Shown here in pieces: positions 44,945 to 55,100 of a stretch of 64,000 nucleotides of DNA. The notes beneath the pieces were generated by a model. The model searched no databases. It was not told where the DNA came from and saw only the letters and a program-made list of their open reading frames with translations. The stretch is from Rhynchopus sp. YZ270_cl-10. Lineage: Eukaryota. The stretch's first letter is position 1. The number at the start of each line of letters is the position of its first letter. Made by a program: the position numbers and the translations under genes. The stretch covers positions 186,001 to 250,000 of the forward strand of contig OZ037838.1 of assembly GCA_964035575.1 (NCBI GenBank), written 5' to 3'.

Positions 44945-46274
44945 CAGGGATTTTTCTAATTGTGGATTTGGATATGGATTTCAGGAAAATAAAAAAATTC
45001 CCTGAAAAAAATTCCCTGTTTTTCCCTACAGCAATTTCAGGTACATTCTACCCCACCCCACCCCACCCCCAGAGAGTTTCGCCTGTGGGATGCGATCGAT
45101 CAACGCGATCAAATAAGTGAAAAAAGTGAGGGGGGGGAAAATAAAAATCTCGGATTTTCGAGAAAAAAATTGGTTGCAGACAGTTGCTGTAGTTGTTGTG
45201 GGTGCAGATGTTCGCGTCAGTTGCAGTCAAACGTCCAGCATCGGAGACATTTGAGGTTGTGCACAAGAAGAAGGAGAAGACGTGTCAATCGCATTCAATT
45301 ATGAGGGTTGGAAGACGGAGGAGATCTCAAATGTTGCGTACCGTGGCTTCGCCAGAAGCTTTCGCTTTAGCAAAATATGGAATCAAAATTGATGGCAATA
45401 ATGTATTGATTTTATTTTTCCTTCCTTCAAAACTACACACACAACGCTTTTTTGGTTTTTGGGAGACACACAAGGTGCCAGGTTCTATGATAAGCACGGA
45501 ACCACCCTGCACCTGTTTGTCATATTGTTTCCCGTGCAATACATGGAGAAACGTTTCGCACTCGAAACAAGGGCTTTTTGATTGAGCTTTTTGAAAAGCT
45601 TTTTGATAAAAATTAGCGAAATACAAAAACCAGCGCGTGTGGAAGAAAAAAGGAGAGGAAAATATTTTTTCTGATTCAAAGTGGTGTTTACGTTTTGGGT
45701 ACGGGGCGGAGAATAAAATCTGTTCGATAAAAGAAACGCGAGCTTATTGTTTTATCTTGTTCAGGCGCCGATTTCCCGCGCGGGCATTTTCCTGATGCTA
45801 ATTACCAACGACAGTGCCATTTTATGTCAACATTTTTTAGAAATGTTGCGCACCGTGGCTTCGCCAGGAACCTTTGGGTGCCTTGACTACCTTTTCTTAC
45901 ATAAATGTACTGAGGTTACTGATAAGGCTGACACCCACGATGGATCGTGATTCACTCTCCCCACCAGCCTTCTACGATTTTGTGCATCAGAGGGAAGAAG
46001 CCTCACCTCCCTGCACTGGCAGGGAGTCGCGCGCGCGACGCGCTCGCAGCGACCGCTTTTACGGGGGGAAAGCTCGGGACCCCAAATCACCCCAAAAGGG
46101 GGTGATTGGCAAGAGCCCTGTCAACGTGTCGAAAAAGTTTTGTGGGGGAAAAAAAAATTTTTTCCCGCAAAAAAGTCAAAAAACAGCCCAAAAACTGTAT
46201 CAAAAAAACAGGGAATTTTTTGGATTTGGATTTCGGAATTTGGCCAAAAAGGGTCGGATTTAGAGATATCCTTG
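44945..46274. mobile_element. Element F: non-autonomous hAT-type element (1330 bp)
   Basis: Imperfect TIR CAGGGATTTTTCTAA / TTAGAGATATCCTTG; 8-bp TSD CTTTTTTG (44937-44944, 46275-46282). Equivalent empty sites at ~9990 and ~49990. Confidence 0.8.
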
Positions 46275-46459
46275 CTTTTTTGTGCCGTTGCTGTTCACTA
46301 TCGGGGTTAGATGTAGTGCAGAAACATATTTGATGGTAAGCAACACTGCCTTGTACAGGGAAGAGCTCCTGCAGTACAGGAGGGTGGAAGAGAAGAAAAT
46401 AAGTTTGGGAACAGGACATTGAATAAAAGATGTGTTGTGCACACATGCCTGGTCACACA

Positions 46460-47566
46460 TCACTCACTGTTGTGTGGGTACAGATGATGCCTTGTCATAA
46501 TGACGCCATCTTCTTGCATGAACACAAGAATGTGTGAACACGGCGATATCGCAAAGGACACACCTAGGATTTCGCTGTCCATCACATGCACACAGGACAT
46601 GGTCGACACATCATACTGAAGCAGGCGTTGTGCACGGTGCAGGCCAAAATCACTCACCACAAGGTACTTCCCACACGGGGTGAACTGCATGCCCTCGACA
46701 TGCCCATCTACATCAACACTGCGAAGAGCCGCACCACTCCAATCAAAGATGCGCATGGTATCTACTCCCTCCGCCACCCAACCCCCCACAGCAAAGACAG
46801 AGGCAGACCGTGAAAGCGCCACTCTGCACCGCCTACCCTTCGCAGGCACACATGCCACAGCTTCACCTGTGTTCACATCCCACAGATGTGCGTTGTTCTC
46901 CTTGCTGGAGGAGGTGATCACCCACCCACCACAGTCCGACACTACCATGTCTTCACACCCTCCGTGCGAGAGAGAGCGGAGCAACGTCAGGTCTTCATCA
47001 TACACACAGACGCCATCTCGGACCTTTGAGAATACTGCACAGCCACACGTAAACACTGAGTACGAGGTGCCGTCGACTTTGCGGAGCACCTCCCCACCCG
47101 GAAGCGCAAGCTCGAGAAGTCCTTCGTTCCAACACGCCAGGTAGCAGCGTGTCTTGCACTGCGAGATGGCAGGCGGACCGAACACGACATTGCCCACTTC
47201 AAACGAGAAGATAGTGTCGAAGGTTTCTGTGTCGAAGCCGCCAACATGCGACTTAGAATTATAAACGCAGAGTGTTCCACAACGCGACAGCGACAAGTCT
47301 CTCGCACGCGCTGCAGTGTACTCAGCAGGACACTTGATGTCGGCAAAGCGGCGGGCAAGCACAACCTGCACCCCTGCATCAAACGCAGTGTCCTGCAGAC
47401 GGCACGTCCCCTCCAGCACCTGCGTGCCGATGCGCATCTCGACAGACGCAGGCGAGACAGCAAGCGCCGTGCACGCAACCTCCTTTGCCGCTGCAACGTC
47501 CGCCTCGCACGGCACCTCCACTGTCGCAGTCACGCCTGACTCTTCCAGCACAAAGGTCACATCCAT
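46460..47566 (-). CDS. U13 UBL-WD40 propeller protein, 368 aa
   Basis: Paralog; ends YPHNSE. Confidence 0.85.
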   Translation of the reverse strand: MDVTFVLEESGVTATVEVPCEADVAAAKEVACTALAVSPASVEMRIGTQVLEGTCRLQDTAFDAGVQVVLARRFADIKCPAEYTAARARDLSLSRCGTLCVYNSKSHVGGFDTETFDTIFSFEVGNVVFGPPAISQCKTRCYLACWNEGLLELALPGGEVLRKVDGTSYSVFTCGCAVFSKVRDGVCVYDEDLTLLRSLSHGGCEDMVVSDCGGWVITSSSKENNAHLWDVNTGEAVACVPAKGRRCRVALSRSASVFAVGGWVAEGVDTMRIFDWSGAALRSVDVDGHVEGMQFTPCGKYLVVSDFGLHRAQRLLQYDVSTMSCVHVMDSEILGVSFAISPCSHILVFMQEDGVIMTRHHLYPHNSE

Positions 47567-48587
47567 TGTTTCAAGAGCTGTGTTGGTGTGATGTAATTTA
47601 ATGTTCTGTTGGGTGGACAGTTGACGGAGCTGAGAGGGTGGACACGTGGAAAGAGGAGACGAGGGATGGGTCGCTGTTTTGAGCGGGGTGTAATTTCTGA
47701 GGTGGAGAATAATATGAACGGACAGTGAGGGTCTGAATGGTCTCATGAGGGTGCTCAAGGTGACGAAGTACGAGAGGCTTGGTTCATCTTATAACGTTTC
47801 TTGCCATTATTTCTCTGTAACGATTGTGGAAAATATGTGCAGGTTCAAAATGCGTTCGTGGTTGTTGCTATTGTCTTTGTGGCGTTCGTTGTCGCACAGC
47901 ATCTGCTGTGTGGAATTGCACGGTACTTCAGTATCCACATTTACGTCCGCGCTGCTCTTGACGTAATGCCTTCTATCGAAGCAGCAGTGTTTGACGCACT
48001 CCGGAATGATCTTTCCCACATGCCCACAAGGGGAAAAGCATTTTATAGTCCCTGTTGTAAATCACATTGTTTTGTTCTTCCTTTTTACTTTTTACTTTCA
48101 ACATTTTTTATTCATTTGCTTTTTTGTTGTTCGGGAGACACGCCCCACGTGTCGGTTCTGTGGAAAAACATGGCACGGAACCACCTGTGTGCTGCCCCTC
48201 TTCGTGTCTATCCATGGAAACTGTCTCACAAGAGTGATACCAAAAAAAAGTTGAAACTGCGGAAGACGAAGGTTGGTCGGTTAAATACGTGTTTCGACAA
48301 ACTCCGACAAAGCAAGTAATTCGAAGACACCATACAAACACACAGTCACTGTGGTTTGCTAAAGATCGTGGTATGGAATAAAAATTTCCTGGAGTCGTCG
48401 GATTGATTTTCTTTGCCACGATTGTGCACAATAAATACATGATGATATGATCGTATTGTTGTTTGGCTAGTGGTGAAGAAGGAACAGGATGAGGATGTCA
48501 GGCAGTGCAGCTACCTCAGATGCTGTGCGTTTGTCAAGTTGCAGCGTCTCTGCATAACGTCCAGCTCAGGCGAAAAAACAGAAAAGT

Positions 48588-49727
48588 TTATGGGGTATAT
48601 TCATCACCACCCTCCCTCCCCTCCCCTCCCCTAGTCACACAACACTCACTGTTGTGTGGGTATAGATGTCTTGTCCTAACGACGCGATCTCGTTCCACAG
48701 CCACAACAACACGTGAACACGGCGATATCGCAAAAGACTCAACTGAACTTTGTATCACATGCACACAGGACATGGTCGCCACATCATACTGGTGCAGCAC
48801 GTCTATAAGCCTTAACACAAGGTACTTCCCACATGGTGTGAAGTGCATCTCATTGACATCCTCACCCACATCGGCACTGCGAAGAGCCGCACCACTCCAA
48901 TCATAGAGGTGCACGGTGTTGTCCCCCACAGCAAAGACAGAGGCAGACCGTGAGAGCGCCACGAGACACCACGCCTCCGCAGGCACACATGCCACAGCAA
49001 CACCTGTGTTCACATCCCACAGACGTGCTTTCCTCTCGATATCGGAGTAGGTGATCACCCACCCACCACAGTCCGACACTACCATGTCTTCACACCCTCC
49101 GTGCGAGAGAGTGCGGAGCAACGTCAGGTCTTCATCATACACAGAGACGCCGTCTTTTCCCTTCGAGACAACAACACCACCACGGGAGAACACTGACCGT
49201 GGGATGCCGTCGACTTTGCGGAGCACCTCCCCACCCGGAAGTGCAACCTCGAGAAGGCAACCCTGTCGGTCGCCACACTGCACGCGTGTCTTGCACTGTG
49301 AGACGGCAGGCCCACCGCACACTCTGTTGTCCACGTCAAACGAGAAGACAGTGTCAAAGGTTTCTGTGTCGAAGCCGCCAACATGCCCACTCCAGTCACC
49401 ATAACTCCAGTCACTATAGACGCAGAGCGTTCCACAACGCGACAGTGATAAGTCTCTCGCATGTGATGCAGTGTACTCAGCAGGACACTTGATGTCGGGA
49501 AAGCGAGGACAGGCAAGCACAACCTGCACCCCTGCATCAAACGCAGTGTCCTGCAGACGGCACGTCCCCTCCAGCACCTGCGTGCCGATGCGCATCTCGA
49601 CAGACGCAGGCGAGACAGCAAGCGCCGTGCACGCAACCTCCTTTGCCGCTGCAACGTCCGCCTCGCACGGCACCTCCACTGTCGCAGTCACGCCTGACTC
49701 TTCCAGCACAAAGGTCACATCCATCAT
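48588..49727 (-). CDS. U14 UBL-WD40 propeller protein, 379 aa (ancestral stop lost)
   Basis: Paralog; YPHNSE is followed by TGT instead of TGA, extending the tail. Confidence 0.8.
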   Translation of the reverse strand: MMDVTFVLEESGVTATVEVPCEADVAAAKEVACTALAVSPASVEMRIGTQVLEGTCRLQDTAFDAGVQVVLACPRFPDIKCPAEYTASHARDLSLSRCGTLCVYSDWSYGDWSGHVGGFDTETFDTVFSFDVDNRVCGGPAVSQCKTRVQCGDRQGCLLEVALPGGEVLRKVDGIPRSVFSRGGVVVSKGKDGVSVYDEDLTLLRTLSHGGCEDMVVSDCGGWVITYSDIERKARLWDVNTGVAVACVPAEAWCLVALSRSASVFAVGDNTVHLYDWSGAALRSADVGEDVNEMHFTPCGKYLVLRLIDVLHQYDVATMSCVHVIQSSVESFAISPCSRVVVAVERDRVVRTRHLYPHNSECCVTRGGEGREGGDEYTP

Positions 49728-49796
49728 TGTTTCAAGAGCTGTGCTGGTGTGATGTAATTTAATGTTCTGTTGGGTGGACAGTTGAAGGAGCTGAGA

Positions 49797-50170
49797 GGGT
49801 CAGGCCACGCTTCGTCAATGCGTTCCCCAAACCCACCTGCATCGCCTCAACCCACGTAGCCGCATCCCTGCGGGTACGTGGTGTAGGAGTGTGGTGGAGG
49901 CGAGAGGGTGAGGGAAAGCGTATTTGAACAAAAGTGGAGTGGGATGAAGGGTGGGTGGTGAACACTGGGGTGGTCGGTGGTTCGTTTCCTTTTCTTTTGT
50001 GCCGTTGCTCTTTGTTCCCTGTCCACTATCGGGGTTAGATGTAGTCCAGAAACATATTTGATGGCGAGCAATACTGCCTTGTACAGGGAAGAGCTCCTGC
50101 AGTACAGGAGGTTGAAGAGAAGAATATAAGTTTGGGAAAAGCACATTGGAAGATAAAATATGTGTTGTGC
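49797..50170 (-). repeat. Deleted duplicate of the AP4E1 5' end and upstream spacer
   Basis: Matches ~9404-9482, ~9730-9850 and ~9990-10150. Confidence 0.85.
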
Positions 50171-50418
50171 CACGGGCACACATGCGTACCTCAAAGACAC
50201 CTGGTCAAGCATACTGTCACTTGAGCGATACATTGAAATATGAAGCACGGTGGAATAAAATAGTCATCCCACGAAGCAATTGACTCAGATTCATGTACTT
50301 TCCAGAATAGACAAAGCACTTGATAGATAAGGGGTGCACACATGCACCCCTTTCTTCAATTGACAAAAAAAAAAGACAGTTCCTCTGGGACGCAACAGTA
50401 CGCCACAAGCTGCAACAT

Positions 50419-51114
50419 TCATAGCGCCCCCTCCCTCTTCCCAAGCAACATCACGCAGACCTGATTTGGGATGCCAGCCTCGAGAAGCTCGTTGTGATGT
50501 GCGCACGCACCCCCAGAGTCACACGCAGATGCAGCACAGCCCTCTCCGCACCTTGCCATCACAGCACGCACAGCGGTACTGCTTTGCAGGTCGCCCTCTG
50601 CTGCTATCATATGAAACCCTGGCTGCGCAAGGCCTCTTGCCTCGTCACGTGCACGCTCTGCACGTAGGGACGCAGCCTGGGCCTCGCCACGGCAGAGGCA
50701 AAGCGTCGCTGTGCCGGGCTTCTGAGGTCTACGCCAGCGACCTGCACCACGGTCGCCTCCTTGCACGATGAGGATCGTCGCACCATGACACGCAGGCACC
50801 TCAGCAACAAAGTGCTTGCCATACTCAAAAGCGCTCCCGTAGCAGCGTGTTGGGCGCACAATGTCGCTGCCCACAGCCTCAAGGAACGTTGCCGCCACAG
50901 CAATCCGCTCGACGGCAGGGAGGTGCAGACCACCACTGCGTGCCATCTTCTGCTTCACATAGCCGTCAGGTGCCAAGGCTATCCCCTTCGCCACTACACT
51001 ATACCCAAGCGTCTCCTCAGCAGTCCGTGCAGCCTCCTCCACACAGCGTACATGGCCTGCGTGAAGAGGGTTGAAAGCTCCGCCCATCACCACAACTGCG
51101 GGTCGGGATAGCAT
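50419..51114 (-). CDS. HxGH nucleotidyltransferase (NMNAT/NadD/cytidylyltransferase-like)
   Basis: VVVMGGAFNPLHAGH, YVKQK, ER, GGD and SSTAVR motifs. Confidence 0.8.
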   Translation of the reverse strand: MLSRPAVVVMGGAFNPLHAGHVRCVEEAARTAEETLGYSVVAKGIALAPDGYVKQKMARSGGLHLPAVERIAVAATFLEAVGSDIVRPTRCYGSAFEYGKHFVAEVPACHGATILIVQGGDRGAGRWRRPQKPGTATLCLCRGEAQAASLRAERARDEARGLAQPGFHMIAAEGDLQSSTAVRAVMARCGEGCAASACDSGGACAHHNELLEAGIPNQVCVMLLGKREGAL

Positions 51115-51270
51115 AGTGGGGATCAACTCTGGTCTGAAGGGAAAGTGTGGGTGTGCAAGGGGGAAGACAGAGAAGGAGGAGGGATGAGTGAGCTGAAAAA
51201 CTGGGAGAGGGAAGGTGCGTGCAGAGCAGGAACTCAGAGGGGAGGGGGGGTGCAGGGCGGTTAGCAGTTG

Positions 51271-51670
51271 GGGGTGGTGGGGTGGTGGGGTGGTGGGGTG
51301 GTGGGGTGGTGGGGTGGTGGGGTGGTGGGGTGGTGGGGTGGTGGGGTGGTGGGGTGGTGGGGTGGTGGGGTGGTGGGGTGGTGGGGTGGTGGGGTGGTGG
51401 GGTGGTGGGGTGGTGGGGTGGTGGGGTGGTGGGGTGGTGGGGTGGTGGGGTGGTGGGGTGGTGGGGTGGTGGGGTGGTGGGGTGGTGGGGTGGTGGGGTG
51501 GTGGGGTGGTGGGGTGGTGGGGTGGTGGGGTGGTGGGGTGGTGGGGTGGTGGGGTGGTGGGGTGGTGGGGTGGTGGGGTGGTGGGGTGGTGGGGTGGTGG
51601 GGTGGTGGGGTGGTGGGGTGGTGGGGTGGTGGGGTGGTGGGGTGGTGGGGTGGTGGGGTGGTGGGGTGGG
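51271..51670 (+). repeat. (GGGGTGGT)n perfect tandem repeat, ~50 copies
   Basis: Directly visible; followed by a GGGGA-rich run. Confidence 0.97.
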
Positions 51671-52195
51671 GAGGGGAGGGGAGGGGAGGGGGGAGGGGGG
51701 AGGGGGGAGGGGGGAGGGACACACGGAAGTGTTTGCCTCCCCTCTCACCCGACTTAAGGCCAATGGATGTGTTTCCACATTGGTTTCTTTTTCAAGGGAT
51801 GAGTAGAATGCAGACTGCAATACATTTTTTGGGAGGAAATAAAAAGTTGAAAGATGAACGTGTCTAACCGAGCTTTGACTCAAAATACCCCGGCCTTTGG
51901 GATAGAGAATACCTAAATAAAGTTGACTTGAAATAAAAAGCCCTCTCGTGACAGTGCACCTTGGTACAATGACCGGTGCACCGACCATATGCAACCCTTC
52001 ATCCACTTCGTGGGTACTCTGGTGTGCCCTACTCCCGCTTCCTCTCATCGGTCAGATGTATGGGGATCATTGAAGACGCAGGTGCATTGCGTCTGCGTGA
52101 TGTAGGGTCTAGTGTTCGGGTCCTCTGCCCGTTTTTGCAGTGTGAGAGTGCAATAATGGAGCAGAACCGTCGATACAAAACACCCAAACAAACCT

Positions 52196-55100
52196 CTACC
52201 GTGAGCACCAGTCTAGGGGCACAAAATTACGCACCTTGAAAGCTTTGCAGAAGCGTTGCAGTGTTGGTGTGCGTGCTTCTGTATCGAGCACGGCGCGTGC
52301 TGCCTCAGCATCGGACCACTTCTGGTTCATGACACCCTGGGCGAACTGGTTCCACTTACTGAGGTGGTCCTTCTCCTGTGCGGGCGTGACAGTGGTGCCC
52401 GATGTGTCCTGCTGCAGGACCCACTCTGCGGCTTTGTTGCCGTTGTGCCGCTTTCTCCACATAACCTGCGAGATGCGGATGAAGCCGTTTGTGTAGCGCT
52501 TTGCGTACTTCACGTCGTCAACAAGCTTGCGTGTGTACTGCGACTTCAGCTCGTCGAGGATGAAGTGGTCTGCAAGGTTCGGGAGGTTCAGCAGGGTGGC
52601 ATGCCTCTCGAGCAGGTGGCACCACGGCAGCACTGCCGAAAAGCAGCAGAACTGCAGGACAGTCTTCCCGCACGTTCCAAGCCTGCCTTCTCCGTTCGCG
52701 ACAGCGGTGTGCGTCGTGACGCCCAGTGTCTGCAGCACCTCGGGGATGAGCAACGCCGTCTCGCACGCAGCCTTGCGGTTCGCACGCAGCGGGCGCACCG
52801 TGTTGAACCCACACAGAAACTTATCCCCATTGAACCGCTCGGAGACGCCACCCATGGAGGCGTGCAGCGCAGACAGCGCAGACACGACCTCGCCGTACAG
52901 CACCGTCAGACGCTTCTCCCCTTCCGTCTCGAGGATGGTGTGCGTGCCCTTCACATTCGTTAACACAAGCGAGAAGCGCCTGCGATGAAGACCTGGGACA
53001 AGCAGGCTCGTCGCAGGGAAGACCCCGAGGCTGTTCACAGTGGGCCGTCTGTCTGGGGAGGGGAATACCGGTGACTGCCCTGTCGACGTGCTGTGGCTTG
53101 GGGTGTACGCCTGCGACCTGATCGATGTAGTGGACGACCCGCACGTCTCCAGCGTCGCATCGCTGCTGTCCTCAAAGCTCGGTCCCCAGGTGTCTGAGGC
53201 TCCTGTCCGCCGCACCCGACGCTGCTCCATGTCGTGCAGGACGTACTGCGGGAGGTGGCCTTTGGTGTCACGCAGGTTCTCCACAAGGGTGTGCACTGCA
53301 GCAAAGATGTGGTCGCCCTCCTTCGTCCGCACGGCAGGGAAGGGCGCAGTGAGCGCTGCAGGGAGCCCGCCAAACAGAAGACTGCGTGTCTCCCTCTGGA
53401 CACCCTCTGGGAGGAAGGCACCGAGACACCGTGGCTCTGCCGGGGCAGGGTCCATGATGTGGCAGTGTGCAGCATTCCACACCACCAGCGCGGCACGCTC
53501 CATGGTGGCGGCGACCACCTCCGTCACGAACACGAAGTACAGCAGCAGCAGGCACGCACCCACCATGCAGCACACAAGCGCCGCACCCACCACGCCTTCA
53601 CGATATCGCGACACACCTTCGCGTCTCGCCTGCTCAGAAACATCACTCACCACCCCCACCGGCACTGCAATGGCCACAAGCCAAGAAGAAACCACACTCA
53701 GCGCAGAGCTCACACTGGGCACAGGAAGCGGCACGCGCACCACCTGGTAGAGGTAGGCGTGCTCCGTGGAGATGCCAGGAGACAGAAGAGATCCCGTATG
53801 ATGGCGAAGTGCGATCTCAGCTGCAGGCATGCTGCGTGACTGCACCACAACAGCGACGTCCTGAGCAGCGACCAACAGCTCCGCACCCGACCCACCCCCA
53901 CCCCCACCCCTACCCCTACCTGCGAACACATTCGACACCACCTCTGTTCCATTGACGTACACCGCACACCACCCATGCCCACCACGCGGTGCATGCACCA
54001 CCACTGCAATAGACGCATACCCTACTGGGAAGCCCCCTGGCATCGCAGCTGTCACGCAGCTCTGCTCTGACCCTATCACCAAGGCACCGTTTGCGTGCAA
54101 CGTCACGACACTCACCCCGACTTCGTCGCGCACCTCCAATATGGTGTCCAGAACACCCGCAACACGCAATGTACAGAAGATGGTGAGGTCCGCCTCACCA
54201 GGTGCACCCCCCACACCAGGTCGCAGATACAGCACAGTCCCGGTAACGGTGTGCACAACGTCGCGCACCATATCCTCTTCTTCTTCGGGCACCTCCTCTG
54301 CACGGACCTGCCCCTCAGCAACGTTGTCCGCCACAAACCGCTGTGTGGCCTGCTTCAACATCCACGTCTGCTGAGAGGAAACGGGGCCTGCCGTGCTGCA
54401 TGCTGCAAGGTGTGTCACGTTGTTGCCGGAGGTGGAGGACACGAGGATCACCGCTTCTAGACCTGCCATGCGTTGCAGCGACGAATGTATCGCTGACACC
54501 ACAGCACGGCGTGTTATGTGCACCACCACAGCACCCAGCCTACCACGTATCGGTGCTGCTAACGACAGCAACGCACCCTTCGCCGTGAAGAGCAGTGGTG
54601 CGTGCACTGAATAGTGCAGATGCTGTGTGCCAAAGAGTGATGTGGTCCCAGGGCTGTCTGGAAGCATACAGCTCCCCGGGAATGGTGCGGAATTCTCCCA
54701 GCCGTAGCTCCACCCGGTGCATATGCCCCTCAGCGCAGAGGAATGTCTTTGCGTCAACACATCAACCCCATCTGCGAGGAGACGTTCCAACGCTGTGGAG
54801 ACGGTGCGCGCTTTGTCTTGAATATTTGCTTTGTGTTGAATGGCTGTGCAGTGATTGGCTGTGGTGCGTATCGCGTCGTCTGCAGTGTCAAGCAGGAGAA
54901 GACAGAGCATCGTTGCGACCACGGCAGTGATTGTTGCTGTGAAAATGACCAAGATGACACGGACTGAGAGTGTCCGTGTTTGTTTTTCTACGTTAGGGTC
55001 GACCAAGCTGTCACGATGGTGCAGCGCTACGCTTGCCCCTGGGGCAGCAGAGAGTGGCCCTTCGGCAAGGAAGAAGGAGGACATACTCCGCTTCTGTGGG

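Larger units (their letters stand above)
10196..49727 (-). repeat. Tandem array of ubiquitin-like + WD40-like beta-propeller genes (U1-U14)
   Basis: 14 co-oriented copies starting MDVTFVLEESGVTATVEVPCE. Intergenic spacers are also repeated. Confidence 0.95.

Noticed and set aside
10196..49727. Array genes as RAG2 homologs
   Set aside because: The blades look WD40-like, not kelch-like; there is no PHD finger, and the genes lie outside the element.
10196..49727. Diversity-generating retroelement or CRISPR-like array
   Set aside because: No reverse transcriptase, template repeat or cas genes are present. Variation includes indels and is not visibly adenine-restricted, and the repeats are protein-coding.
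51017..52048. PPPHHPTT / GGVVGWW repeat ORFs
   Set aside because: These are translations of the 8-bp repeat and are open in all frames.
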